From an uncultured beta proteobacterium (GTDB taxonomy: Bacteria > Pseudomonadota > Gammaproteobacteria > Burkholderiales > Burkholderiaceae): a stretch of DNA of 64,000 bases. The position numbers and the translations under genes were made by a program. Where the stretch lies: the NCBI GenBank assembly GCA_903846025.1, contig CAIMZP010000059.1, forward strand, positions 15,916-79,915, read 5' to 3'. This document shows, piece after piece, positions 1 through 9,987 of the stretch (position 1 is its first letter; every line of letters begins with the position of its first letter). Below the pieces are notes generated by a model that made no database searches, was not told where the DNA came from, and saw nothing but the letters and a program-made list of their open reading frames with translations.

Positions 1-1
1 T

Positions 2-412
2 CAGGCTACTGCGCGAATGTTCAAGTTGGTAGATGAGGCTGGTGGTTTTGATATCTCAAAAGAAGTTATCTTTAAAGAGATCGGAAAGTATGGCTTTCAG
101 TCTGGTCGAAGCACCCATCAAAACCGCCTCGATACGATCCGTGATGTCGATCATCGCTACGGCGTGATGATTGATACTCATACCGCTGACGGCGTTAAAG
201 TGGCCCGTGATCATCTGCAATCAGGTATCCCGATGATTGTGCTGGAAACAGCTTTGCCTATTAAGTTTGAAGAAACTATCAAATTGGCTCTAGGCCGTCC
301 AGCAGAATGTCCGCCTGCATTTAAAGATATCAAGTCCAAACCCCTGCGCGTTGAAAATATTAATGCTGACGTGAATGAGGTCAAAGCCTTTATTACCTCA
401 CATCTGAATTAA
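2..412 (+). CDS. thrC: Threonine synthase, C-terminal part (gene begins before the window)
   Basis: Frame is open from base 2. The motifs IDTHTADG and LETALPIKF are typical of the ThrC C-terminus. Confidence 0.9.
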   Translation, partial: QATARMFKLVDEAGGFDISKEVIFKEIGKYGFQSGRSTHQNRLDTIRDVDHRYGVMIDTHTADGVKVARDHLQSGIPMIVLETALPIKFEETIKLALGRPAECPPAFKDIKSKPLRVENINADVNEVKAFITSHLN

Positions 413-440
413 CCCTATACAAAACTCGGCCAGAAGTGCT

Positions 441-1679
441 ATGACTAAACCCCCGATGTTGACTGCTCAGCAGGCCTTAGATCATTTACTGTTGCATGCA
501 AAACCCGTGAGTGGCAGTGAGGTAGTGCCCATGCAGGCAGCATTGGGTCGGGTGTTGGCCGAAGATGTGAAAAGCTTGGTGGACGTTCCCCCGATGGACA
601 ACACCTCCATGGATGGATATGCAGTTCGGATTGCCGATTTAAATATCGCAAGCCATCTCAAAATTGCCCAGCGCATTCCAGCGGGATCCGTGGGGTCTCA
701 ATTGGAGCCTGGTACGGCTGCGCGTATTTTTACCGGTGCGCCTATTCCGCCTGGAGCAGATGCTGTAGTTATGCAAGAGGACTGCACCGTTCTCGAAGGC
801 TCGGGTGAAGATGTCCAAATTAATAGCGCCCTTAAAGTCGGCCAATGGATTCGTCGCAAAGGTGAGGATTTAACTGCAGGTAAAACTGCATTAAGCGCCA
901 GAACATTTTTACGCCCACAAGAATTGGGTGTTGCTGCCTCTGCTGGTCTGACGCATTTGAGCGTTAAGCGTCGTGTCAGGGTGGCAGCATTTTTTACTGG
1001 TGATGAGTTAGCACTTCCAGGTGAGCCTTTAAAGCCGGGTGGCATTTACAACTCTAATCGCGATACTTTGTTAGCGTGCCTAAAGGCTTTAGGATGTGAT
1101 GCTACCGATTTGGGAATTGTTCCAGATCGCTTGGATGTGACGCGTGCAACGCTCCGCGCAGCCAGCAAAGATCATGATTTGATTATCACTTCTGGCGGCG
1201 TATCAGTAGGCGAGGAGGATCACATTAAACCCGCCGTTACAGCAGAAGGGCGATTGAATTTATGGCAAATAGCCATTAAGCCTGGAAAACCTTTGGCTTT
1301 TGGCGCTGTTCGTAGATCAAATAATCCAGACGACGGCGAAGCATGGTTTATGGGATTGCCTGGTAACCCCGTTTCTAGCTTTGTCACTTTCTTGTTATTT
1401 GTTAGGCCATTCATTCTTCAATTGCAAGGGCGTGAAGCGGGCCCTCCACGATCCTACCCCATGCGCGCTGACTTTGATTGGCTCAAAGGAGATCGTCGTA
1501 ATGAATTTCTTCGTGTCAAAATTAACGATCAAGGGGGCTTGGATCTATTCCAAAACCAAAGCTCTGGGGTACTTACCAGCGCCTCATGGAGTGATGGTTT
1601 GGTAGACTGCCCCCCAGGGCAGATATTTAAAGCGGGTGATTTTGTTAAATATATCCCCCTGAGCGCTTTACTGTATTAA
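441..1679 (+). CDS. moeA: Molybdopterin molybdotransferase MoeA
   Basis: Motifs PPMDNTSMDGYA, RIFTGAPIP, TGDEL, TSGGVSVGEED and GLPGNPVS; adjacent to moaD and moaE. Confidence 0.95.
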   Translation: MTKPPMLTAQQALDHLLLHAKPVSGSEVVPMQAALGRVLAEDVKSLVDVPPMDNTSMDGYAVRIADLNIASHLKIAQRIPAGSVGSQLEPGTAARIFTGAPIPPGADAVVMQEDCTVLEGSGEDVQINSALKVGQWIRRKGEDLTAGKTALSARTFLRPQELGVAASAGLTHLSVKRRVRVAAFFTGDELALPGEPLKPGGIYNSNRDTLLACLKALGCDATDLGIVPDRLDVTRATLRAASKDHDLIITSGGVSVGEEDHIKPAVTAEGRLNLWQIAIKPGKPLAFGAVRRSNNPDDGEAWFMGLPGNPVSSFVTFLLFVRPFILQLQGREAGPPRSYPMRADFDWLKGDRRNEFLRVKINDQGGLDLFQNQSSGVLTSASWSDGLVDCPPGQIFKAGDFVKYIPLSALLY

Positions 1680-1712
1680 ACAAAACTTAGTAAATCCGAT
1701 TACGATTGTCTT

Positions 1713-1970
1713 ATGAAAATTGAATTACGATTCTTTGCTTCTTTACGTGAAGCCTTAGGTACATCTCATGAGAATATTTTAATTCCCGAATTCGTGAATA
1801 CGATTTCTGATTTGCGCAGTCATTTGATTGGACGTGGTGGTGCTTGGGCTGAAGTTCTAGAAGGAAGTAAAACAATACGCTGCGCTTTAAACCAAGAAAT
1901 GGTGAGCGAATCTACAGTATTACAAGAAGGCGCAGAAGTTGCTTTCTTTCCTCCGGTAACGGGCGGCTGA
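1713..1970 (+). CDS. moaD: Molybdopterin synthase sulfur carrier subunit
   Basis: 85 aa with FFASLRE near the N-terminus and C-terminal FFPPVTGG di-glycine. Confidence 0.95.
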   Translation: MKIELRFFASLREALGTSHENILIPEFVNTISDLRSHLIGRGGAWAEVLEGSKTIRCALNQEMVSESTVLQEGAEVAFFPPVTGG

Positions 1971-1971
1971 T

Positions 1972-2427
1972 ATGGTTATCCGCATTCAGGAGGCAGACTT
2001 TGATTTGGGCGCTGAAATCAAAGAAATTCGTAAAGGTGATTTGCAAGTGGGTGCTGTAGTTTCTTTTGTTGGCACTGTGCGAGATTTAAATGATGGCAGC
2101 CAATTGACGAGTATGACTCTTGAGCACTACCCAGGAATGACTGAAAAAGCACTGGAAGAAATTGCTGATCAAGCAAAGTCACGCTGGGATATTCGCAATA
2201 CATTAATCATCCATCGGATTGGGCCAATGTTGCCTGAAGATCAAATCGTTTTAGTGGCTGTAACAAGTGCCCATAGAAGGGAAGCATTTGCTGCGTGCGA
2301 GTTTATTATGGATTACCTTAAAACGGCAGCCCCTTTTTGGAAAAAAGAAGTGACATCAGAAGGGGGTCGTTGGGTTGATGCCCGCGTTGCTGATGAGGTT
2401 GCCATGGCACGCTGGAATAAGAGCTGA
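1972..2427 (+). CDS. moaE: Molybdopterin synthase catalytic subunit
   Basis: Motifs GAVVSFVGTVR, LEHYPGMTEK, HRIG, SAHRREAF, MDYLKTAAPFWKKE. Confidence 0.95.
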   Translation: MVIRIQEADFDLGAEIKEIRKGDLQVGAVVSFVGTVRDLNDGSQLTSMTLEHYPGMTEKALEEIADQAKSRWDIRNTLIIHRIGPMLPEDQIVLVAVTSAHRREAFAACEFIMDYLKTAAPFWKKEVTSEGGRWVDARVADEVAMARWNKS

Positions 2428-2449
2428 TCAGGGCTAGTGTTTTCTGATG

Positions 2450-2713
2450 CTACTGGTGAGTTGGGTTGCTCACCTGTTTTGATTGATAGCGCTCAATAGG
2501 CGGGCAAAGTAAATCACAAATACCCACTCCCAAAGTGCTGGATACCTTGACCAGAACTACCAATGTTGGGTTACCAAGTCCCCTCTCAATTTTACTAACA
2601 AGGGTTCTATCAATACCCGCCTGCAGTGCCAGTTTTTCTTGTGAAAGCCCCATCTCGAACCTCATTCGTTTCATGTTTGAGCTTAAGTGAGTTTGGTAGT
2701 TGTTAGAAGACAT
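2450..2713 (-). CDS. XRE/Cro-C1-type helix-turn-helix transcriptional regulator
   Basis: MGLSQEKLALQAGIDRTLVSKIERGLGNPTL is a classic HTH_3 pattern. Confidence 0.85.
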   Translation of the reverse strand: MSSNNYQTHLSSNMKRMRFEMGLSQEKLALQAGIDRTLVSKIERGLGNPTLVVLVKVSSTLGVGICDLLCPPIERYQSKQVSNPTHQ

Positions 2714-2871
2714 GTCTCATTATCACCTAAGAGCTACTGTTAATAGGCTTCTAGTCTATTTTATGGACACCATATTGACTGTAGTTTATAAGCCGTGGAA
2801 TAAAGCCTACAATGAGTAATGAAACTTTTCCCCCCAAAGACTCTCGCACTGTCAATATTTAAAGCTTCACA

Positions 2872-3192
2872 TTGATTGCTGAAATAGCCCCCAAACGGGC
2901 TATAGCTGCGTTGGTTGCAATATTCATGTTTCCCGCCATGTTTTCTTTAGATGCGCATGCCTCTAAAGAGGATGCGGTTGCCTGTTATAAGACGGCTATC
3001 AAAGAGCCATTAACTTTTTATGGCAATCGTGGTGATATTTTCATTTTGTATGACGGCTCTAAGTGGAAGGTGGTTTCAGGAGCGCAATATGAATATATTC
3101 CCTTTCGTTATAGAGATGTCATTATTTGCCCGATCATAGAAAAGTTAATGATTGGCGATAAAACTCTTTCAGTATTGCAACTCGATAAATAA
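2872..3192 (+). CDS. Hypothetical exported protein
   Basis: TTG start (uncertain), hydrophobic N-terminus ending in AHA (signal-peptidase-like site), small beta-rich mature part with two Cys. Confidence 0.6.
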   Translation: MIAEIAPKRAIAALVAIFMFPAMFSLDAHASKEDAVACYKTAIKEPLTFYGNRGDIFILYDGSKWKVVSGAQYEYIPFRYRDVIICPIIEKLMIGDKTLSVLQLDK

Positions 3193-3202
3193 AAAGAAAG
3201 CT

Positions 3203-3520
3203 ATGATCACAACCCCCTACCGCCGCTTTATTGCTAAAGAAGAAAAAATATGGGGCGGAATGCCTTCACGAGAAAGACAAATTTTAAAGATTATCTTAGG
3301 GCGTAAGCTTGATTCCCCACTAAGAGTGATGGGTATCATTGAAGACCAACAGTTTGGTTCGCGTGCAACAGCTCATGCGGCTCTTAATAGACTTCTGTCC
3401 TCTAACTTTTTACAATATAAAGAATGTGGGCAAAAAGACAGAAGCAAATTCATTGTTTTATCCTCTAAGGGTGCAGGCTTGTTTAAGCGACTTGAAAAAC
3501 TATTTTTAGCTAGCGCTTAA
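3203..3520 (+). CDS. MarR-like winged-helix DNA-binding protein
   Basis: SRATAHAALNRLL helix followed by DRSKFIVLSSKG wing. ATG at 3203 is preferred to the track start at 3152, which overlaps the upstream gene. Confidence 0.6.
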   Translation: MITTPYRRFIAKEEKIWGGMPSRERQILKIILGRKLDSPLRVMGIIEDQQFGSRATAHAALNRLLSSNFLQYKECGQKDRSKFIVLSSKGAGLFKRLEKLFLASA

Positions 3521-3670
3521 GAAGCCAGTTCAGTTAGTTGGGGTTTTAGTTCCTCTAGCAAAGAGTAATTAAAATTCGGACCTTTGTTTTTTTGCGCTCC
3601 ATAGATTCTGAGGAATGGCCTGCTATTGGCTTATGCTAGACTTTTCATTATTTTCTAGCCAGGTTCTGCA

Positions 3671-5332
3671 ATGAAGACAATCGTATTGCTGTTATTAAGT
3701 GCCATGATATTTAATGTGCATGCTCAAGATCAGCGACCTGAAGTGCAAACTGAGGCTGGACGGTTGCAAGGTATCACCGAGCGCAATATGCAAGTTTTTA
3801 AGGGTATTCCTTATGCGGCGCCGCCCGTTGGCGATCTTCGGTGGAGACCCCCTCAAGCCGCCATTCCTTGGAGCGGAACGCGAGATGCGAGTCAATTTGG
3901 TGATTCTTGCCCTCAACCTTATATTAAAAACCTAAGCAATGGCTTGACTCTGCCCGGGAATGAAGATTGCTTAAAGTTAAACGTATTTACACCAAAAAAA
4001 TTAGCTCAGAATTTGCCCGTCATGGTGTGGATTCATGGGGGTGGTTTATTTGTTGATGGCAGTAAAGATGCCCAGTTCATCCCGATTAATCTAATTAAGA
4101 ATGGTGTCATTGTTGTGACCTTTGATTATCGCTTGGGTACGCTTGGATTCTTTGCGCCTCATGAATTGATTAATGAGGCCAAGTCGAGGGGCGAGCCTGT
4201 TGGAAATTATGGTGTGATGGATCAAATTGCGGTACTTCAATGGGTCAAAAAAAACATTCAAGAATTTGGTGGAGATCCAAATAATGTGACTATTTTCGGT
4301 GAATCTGCTGGTGGTCGGAGCGTCACTTGGCTGATGGTGTCTGATGCTGCTAAGGGGCTATTCCACAAGGCTATTGCTGAAAGCGCGCAACAGAGTCCCC
4401 TACGTGGTATGACAGAAAAACGGTTTGGTTCTGCTCCCGAAGTAGATGTAGACGCAAAATATATGGCCACTATCGGAGCTAAGTCTTTAAAGGAATTAAG
4501 AAGTCTTCCTGCACAAAATCTGGTGCTAAGTCCAGCTAACTTTGAAGAAGGGGAGTTTGGCGGGCCATTTGTTGATGGCCAGATCTTGAAAGGAGACCCT
4601 CTTGCTTTATTTGCAGCGGGCCAGCAGGCCAAGGTTCCTTTTATGATAGGTACCAACTCATGGGATTCGAGCTTTCTTGTGCCTGGTCAACCACCGCTTG
4701 ATGCTTTTCTAAAAAAGGTAGACGAAGATCCTAAAACTATTAAAAAACTTTATGCGCAAAATAAAGACCCGTGTATTTTGTCTTCGAACGTAATGGGTGA
4801 TATGTTGTATCGAGCGAGTACGAAGATGCTGGCCAATAATATGAATGGGGTAGCGCCTGGATATGCCTATTATTTTGATTACTTAAGTAAGAACATCCGC
4901 CCGGCTTATCCGGGTGCACCACATACCTTCGAGATCGCTTATGTTTTTGGTAGCTTGGACTCCATGCCTCAAGCTCCAAATCTACCCGAGTCAGGCACTG
5001 ACAAATGCGCACGCATTAAAAATGCGACAACAGACCTAAAGGAAAAAGGCGTTTGGTCAAAGTACTGGTATCCGATTGTGGATAAGAATAGTGCACAAGA
5101 TAAGGCGATGTCCGAGAAGATGTCTCAGAGTTGGGCGGCTTTTGCTAGGACAGGCAATCCCAATGTTTCTGGGCAGGTTCATTGGCCAGTTTATAACTTG
5201 AAGGCAGATGTGATGAGGAATTTTTCTTATGATAAAGAGCTCATTAAAGAGCTGAGAAAAGATAAGATTGATTATCAGATTTTCCATTTAAAGGAAATTT
5301 TTGGCATTGAATACATCAAAGATTCCCTTTAG
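3671..5332 (+). CDS. Secreted type-B carboxylesterase (COesterase family)
   Basis: Signal peptide, FKGIPYAAPPVGDLRWRPP, EDCLKLNV, WIHGGG, GESAGG nucleophile elbow, GAPHTFEIAYVFG. Confidence 0.9.
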   Translation: MKTIVLLLLSAMIFNVHAQDQRPEVQTEAGRLQGITERNMQVFKGIPYAAPPVGDLRWRPPQAAIPWSGTRDASQFGDSCPQPYIKNLSNGLTLPGNEDCLKLNVFTPKKLAQNLPVMVWIHGGGLFVDGSKDAQFIPINLIKNGVIVVTFDYRLGTLGFFAPHELINEAKSRGEPVGNYGVMDQIAVLQWVKKNIQEFGGDPNNVTIFGESAGGRSVTWLMVSDAAKGLFHKAIAESAQQSPLRGMTEKRFGSAPEVDVDAKYMATIGAKSLKELRSLPAQNLVLSPANFEEGEFGGPFVDGQILKGDPLALFAAGQQAKVPFMIGTNSWDSSFLVPGQPPLDAFLKKVDEDPKTIKKLYAQNKDPCILSSNVMGDMLYRASTKMLANNMNGVAPGYAYYFDYLSKNIRPAYPGAPHTFEIAYVFGSLDSMPQAPNLPESGTDKCARIKNATTDLKEKGVWSKYWYPIVDKNSAQDKAMSEKMSQSWAAFARTGNPNVSGQVHWPVYNLKADVMRNFSYDKELIKELRKDKIDYQIFHLKEIFGIEYIKDSL

Positions 5333-5357
5333 TAAGGCGCATTTACTAGCATTTTTT

Positions 5358-5379
5358 TAAGCTCATTTAGGTGAGCTTA
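5358..5379. terminator. Possible terminator hairpin between convergent esterase and GIY-YIG genes
   Basis: TAAGCTCA-TTTAGG-TGAGCTTA perfect 8-bp stem; the following U-tract is weak. Confidence 0.35.
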
Positions 5380-5516
5380 TTGCTGCTTATAAATTATCGA
5401 TTCCTATGCGGCGATGCTTAAAGCCAGTTATTGGTTCAAGTGGTGCAGAGGAGTCGGTAGGATTCGTGTAAATGTCAAAGACATCCTAGGAGATCCCTTA
5501 TTTCATCTTCAATGAT

Positions 5517-5822
5517 TTAAATCTTAAAAAATCCCAATTTTTCTGATCGCTGCAAACGCTTTAGCCTAGCTTCCGCTTTAGAGGCCTCAGATCGATCTGG
5601 GTGCTCCTGGGTAGCCAAGAGGATTACTGGTCTACGAGAGCGGGTATATCGTGCGCCTTGACCAGTGTTATGGGCCTGTAGCCGATGTTCAAGCCTGTTG
5701 GTAATCCCAGCATAGAAGCTACCGTCGGAACATTCTAGAAGATAAACAAGCCAGGTCAAAATAGGGCGTCTTAGGGTTAAAAGATCCTTAAAGATCTTGA
5801 AAGATAACGATTTCGCCTTCAT
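5517..5822 (-). CDS. GIY-YIG nuclease family protein (UPF0213/YhbQ-like); true start probably downstream of 5822
   Basis: WLVYLLECSDGSFYAGITNRLEHRLQAHNTGQGARYTRSRRP and SEASKAEARLK motifs. Confidence 0.85.
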   Translation of the reverse strand: MKAKSLSFKIFKDLLTLRRPILTWLVYLLECSDGSFYAGITNRLEHRLQAHNTGQGARYTRSRRPVILLATQEHPDRSEASKAEARLKRLQRSEKLGFFKI

Positions 5823-5872
5823 ATTCTACATATATATAGGTCACTTGAAGTTATACCCTCTATTATTATAAT
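5796..5872 (+). promoter_or_regulatory. Candidate clpB promoters (sigma32-like and sigma70-like)
   Basis: CTTGAA (5796-5801) followed after about 15 nt by CTTCATAT, and TTGAAG (5845-5850)-N16-TATAAT (5867-5872). Confidence 0.4.
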
Positions 5873-5913
5873 TAGTAGAAGTGTTCATTCAGATTTTGTA
5901 AATTAGGTAAAAA

Positions 5914-8508
5914 ATGAGAATAGATAAATTAACGACCAAATTTCAAGAAGCATTGAGTGAGGCGCAAAGTCTTGCTTTAACTAAAGATAATCAATATATA
6001 GAACCAGCCCATTTGCTACTAGCAATGCTGCATGATTCTGATGGCGGTGCCAAGAGCCTCTTAACGAGGGCTGGCGTTAATGTTCCTGGCCTTGAAAAGG
6101 GGGCGGAAAAGCTCATTAGTCATTTACCTGAAGTTCAGGGCACTAGCGGTGAAGTTCAGGTTGGTCGCGATTTAAGTAATTGGTTAAACCTGACTGAAAA
6201 AGAAGCAAATAAGCGTGGTGATCAATTTATTGCGGGTGAGCTATTTTTATTGGTCATGTCTGAAGATAAAGGTGAGCTGGGAAAAATTGCTCGTGAGAAT
6301 GGGTTAAGCCGTAAGTCGTTAGAGGCTGCTATTAATTTAGTGCGTGGAGGAGAGTCAGTGAATAGTGCGGATGCTGAAGGCCAACGTGAAGCGTTGAAAA
6401 AATATACATTGGATCTTACGGAGCGTGCTCGTATGGGCAAGCTAGATCCTGTTATCGGTCGTGATGATGAAATTCGTCGCACTATTCAGATTTTGCAACG
6501 CCGTGGCAAAAATAATCCTGTATTAATTGGTGAGCCAGGTGTTGGCAAGACGGCAATCGTCGAGGGGTTGGCGCAGCGTATTGTCAATGGTGAGGTCCCA
6601 GAAACCCTTAAAGACAAGCGTGTATTGGTTTTGGATATGGCTTTACTCTTGGCTGGCGCTAAATACCGTGGTGAGTTTGAGGAGCGTCTTAAGGCGGTCC
6701 TAAGTGACGTAGCCAAAGACGAAGGTCGCACCATTATTTTTATCGATGAGATTCATACGATGGTAGGTGCCGGTAAGGGTGAGGGGGCAATGGACGCTGG
6801 AAATATGCTTAAACCTGCTTTAGCGCGTGGAGAATTACATTGCATCGGCGCTACCACTCTAGATGAATACCGTAAGTACATCGAAAAAGATGCTGCACTT
6901 GAGCGTCGCTTTCAAAAGGTAATGGTTGAAGAGCCTAGCGTAGAAGCTACTATTGCTATCTTACGTGGCTTGCAGGAGCGATATGAGCTTCACCATGGTA
7001 TTGAGATCACTGATCCCGCCATCGTGGCTGCGGCTGAGTTATCGCATCGCTATATTACGGATCGTTTTTTGCCAGATAAAGCGATTGATTTAATCGATGA
7101 AGCTGGCTCTCGTATTCGGATGGAGATTGACTCTAAACCCGAGGTCATGGATAAGTTGGAACGTCGCCTTATTCAGCTAAAAATTGAACGTGAGGCCGTT
7201 AAAAAAGAAAAAGATGAGGCCTCACAAAAACGCCTAGGATTAATTGAGGATGAGATAAAACGTCTTGGCGCTGAATATGCTGATTTGGAGGAAATCTGGA
7301 AAGCAGAAAAAGGTGCCGTTCTTGGTGTGGCCCACGTAAAAGAAGAGATTGAAAAAATTAGGGCTGATATTGTGAAATTTCAGCGCGAAGGTAAGTTGGA
7401 AAAAGTGGCTGAATTGCAATATGGTCAACTGCCCGAATTAGAGGCTAAGCTAAAGTCCGCCACAGCTGCTGAAGCTAAAGGTAGCAAAGGTGGCCCAGTT
7501 AAAAATAAACTCTTGCGAACTCAAGTAGGTGCCGAAGAGATTGCTGAAGTAGTTTCTCGTGCGACTGGTATCCCGGTATCAAAGATGATGGAGGGTGAGC
7601 GCGATAAATTACTTAAGATGGAGGATTTATTGCACAAGCGTGTGGTTGGCCAAGAAGAGGCTATTCGCGCGGTTTCTGATGCGATTCGCCGTTCTCGCGC
7701 TGGTCTTGCTGAAGAGCATCGTCCATATGGCTCATTCTTATTTTTGGGACCTACGGGCGTTGGTAAGACCGAGCTTTGTAAGGCTTTGGCTGGTTTCTTA
7801 TTCGATAGTGAAGAGCACTTAATCCGAATAGATATGAGTGAGTTTATGGAGAAGCATAGTGTTGCGCGTTTGATCGGCGCGCCTCCAGGCTACGTAGGCT
7901 ACGAAGAAGGTGGGTACCTTACAGAGAAAGTGCGTCGCCATCCTTACTGTGTCATTCTGTTTGATGAAATCGAGAAGGCACATCCAGATGTCTTTAATGT
8001 CCTCTTGCAAGTCCTCGATGATGGCCGTTTAACGGATGGTCAAGGTCGTACCGTAGACTTTAAGAACACAGTGATTGTGATGACCAGTAATATTGGATCC
8101 CATCTTATTCAGTCAATGGTTGGCAAGAAACAGCTCGAAATTAAAGAGGCAGTATTCGCAGAGTTAAAAAATCACTTCCGCCCTGAGTTTCTAAACAGAA
8201 TTGATGAGATTGTCGTATTCCATGGCTTGGATAAAGCAAATATTGCCAATATTGCCAAGATTCTTCTTAAGAATCTTTCTGATCGTTTGGCAAAACTGGA
8301 TATGCAAATGGAAGTCAGTGATGCCGCACTTAATAAAATTGCTGAAGTGGGCTTTGATCCTATTTATGGCGCAAGACCACTCAAGCGAGCGATTCAGCAA
8401 TATATCGAGAACCCGGTGTCCAAGATGATTTTAGAAGGCAAGTTTGGTCCTAAGGACACCGTTCCTATTGGTATTGATAAGGATGGGGGCTTTAGCTTTA
8501 CTAAGTAA
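5914..8508 (+). CDS. clpB: ATP-dependent chaperone ClpB
   Basis: 864 aa, two AAA+ modules ([16 protein letters not shown]), middle coiled-coil domain, GARPLKR. Confidence 0.98.
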   Translation: MRIDKLTTKFQEALSEAQSLALTKDNQYIEPAHLLLAMLHDSDGGAKSLLTRAGVNVPGLEKGAEKLISHLPEVQGTSGEVQVGRDLSNWLNLTEKEANKRGDQFIAGELFLLVMSEDKGELGKIARENGLSRKSLEAAINLVRGGESVNSADAEGQREALKKYTLDLTERARMGKLDPVIGRDDEIRRTIQILQRRGKNNPVLIGEPGVGKTAIVEGLAQRIVNGEVPETLKDKRVLVLDMALLLAGAKYRGEFEERLKAVLSDVAKDEGRTIIFIDEIHTMVGAGKGEGAMDAGNMLKPALARGELHCIGATTLDEYRKYIEKDAALERRFQKVMVEEPSVEATIAILRGLQERYELHHGIEITDPAIVAAAELSHRYITDRFLPDKAIDLIDEAGSRIRMEIDSKPEVMDKLERRLIQLKIEREAVKKEKDEASQKRLGLIEDEIKRLGAEYADLEEIWKAEKGAVLGVAHVKEEIEKIRADIVKFQREGKLEKVAELQYGQLPELEAKLKSATAAEAKGSKGGPVKNKLLRTQVGAEEIAEVVSRATGIPVSKMMEGERDKLLKMEDLLHKRVVGQEEAIRAVSDAIRRSRAGLAEEHRPYGSFLFLGPTGVGKTELCKALAGFLFDSEEHLIRIDMSEFMEKHSVARLIGAPPGYVGYEEGGYLTEKVRRHPYCVILFDEIEKAHPDVFNVLLQVLDDGRLTDGQGRTVDFKNTVIVMTSNIGSHLIQSMVGKKQLEIKEAVFAELKNHFRPEFLNRIDEIVVFHGLDKANIANIAKILLKNLSDRLAKLDMQMEVSDAALNKIAEVGFDPIYGARPLKRAIQQYIENPVSKMILEGKFGPKDTVPIGIDKDGGFSFTK

Positions 8509-8557
8509 AGTTCGGGCAAAATCAGCAGCAATTATCCTGCGCCAGTAAACTCGTTAG

Positions 8558-9793
8558 ATGACTGATACGCAAAGCAGGCGCGCCAGTGATGTACGGCTTG
8601 TTGGTCTGATTAGCCTAGCTCACGGCAGCTCCCATTTCTTTCACTTAATTCTTCCGCCTATGTTTCCATGGCTGAAGGCGGAGTTTGGCTACAACTATGC
8701 CGAGTTAGGTTTGCTCATGACCATCTTTTTTGTGGTCTCTTGCCTAGTACAAGCAGCATCTGGGTTTTTGGTGGATCACATCGGTGCGCGCCCTGTCTTG
8801 TTTGCGGGGGTGGGTCTGCTGGCACTTGCAGCGCTGACTTATTCGCAGAGCAACAGCTACGCTTTGTTAGTTTTAGGGGCCGTCATTGCCGGTTGCGGTA
8901 ATGGGATCTTTCATCCAGTTGATTACACTTTAATCAATCACAAAATATCATCACCCAATTTGTCTTATGCTTATTCTATTCATGGTGTTACTGGCTATCT
9001 TGGTTGGGCTGCTGCGCCAGCTTTTATGGTTTCCATTGCAACTCTGACGGACTGGCGTATTGCCTTCTTATCTGCATCATTTCTCGAAGCAATCATCCTT
9101 CTTATTTTATGGATAAATCGAGATCGCTTAATCGATAATGTGAAGGATCGCCGTGCCCAATCTATTGCTACTCATGTAGCTGCAAATCCCGGAGTTAAGC
9201 CTGCAGGTACTTTTGCTTTTTTAAAACTTCGAGCTGTCTGGCTTTGTTGGATTTTCTTTTTCTTTAGTATGGCCGCCACTACCGGATTGCAATCTTTTGC
9301 CCCAAGTGCCCTTTATGAAATGTATGGCCTATCAGTTAGTTCTGGTAATTATTTTTTAACTTTGATGTCATTGGGTGGTGCTACTGGAATGTTGCTAGGC
9401 GGTTATCTCGCTAAACACTTTATGTACCCCGAGCGCATTATTACTACTTGCTTTGGGGTGAGCATTTCAATGAGCTTGTTGATAGCTACCGGATGGGTGC
9501 CAGTTGACGCCATTGTTGTTCTGTTTGTGGTGATAGGTGCCGGCTTGGGTATTGCAGCGCCTTCGCGGGATTTAATGATCCGTTCTGCGACCCCAGCAGG
9601 TGTATCGGGCAGGGTATATGGAGTCGTGTATTCAGGGATCGATCTAGGCGCCGCTATTGGCCCGCTCATCTTTGCGATCTTTTTAGATATTGACTTACCA
9701 AAACTCTTATTTGTGGGCGTTGCATTATTTCAATTGATGATCATTCTGACGGCTTTTAAGGTCTCCGATGCCCCATCAACAAGACCCATTTGA
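8558..9793 (+). CDS. MFS transporter (Fsr-like)
   Basis: About 12 hydrophobic segments, GFLVDHIGAR loop motif, GIFHP. Confidence 0.85.
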   Translation: MTDTQSRRASDVRLVGLISLAHGSSHFFHLILPPMFPWLKAEFGYNYAELGLLMTIFFVVSCLVQAASGFLVDHIGARPVLFAGVGLLALAALTYSQSNSYALLVLGAVIAGCGNGIFHPVDYTLINHKISSPNLSYAYSIHGVTGYLGWAAAPAFMVSIATLTDWRIAFLSASFLEAIILLILWINRDRLIDNVKDRRAQSIATHVAANPGVKPAGTFAFLKLRAVWLCWIFFFFSMAATTGLQSFAPSALYEMYGLSVSSGNYFLTLMSLGGATGMLLGGYLAKHFMYPERIITTCFGVSISMSLLIATGWVPVDAIVVLFVVIGAGLGIAAPSRDLMIRSATPAGVSGRVYGVVYSGIDLGAAIGPLIFAIFLDIDLPKLLFVGVALFQLMIILTAFKVSDAPSTRPI

Positions 9794-9987
9794 ATATCTT
9801 GTATTATTTCATAATGTGAAACGTCATTACGATACGTAAAATGCAGTGCAGCAATTCAATAAAAATGTACCTCCACAGGGTGAATATCCATTTTACATTA
9901 CGAAAATTAATGCTTAAGTCATTGAATTTATAGATTTAATTAATTTATAAATAATGATACAAAGTTCTTGCTTGGTTTTTTGAAGTA

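Noticed and set aside
5439-5490. Tiny minus-strand ORF MSLTFTRILPTPLHHLNQ after the GIY-YIG gene (coordinates approximate)
   Set aside because: 18 aa with a weak SD; cannot be distinguished from chance.
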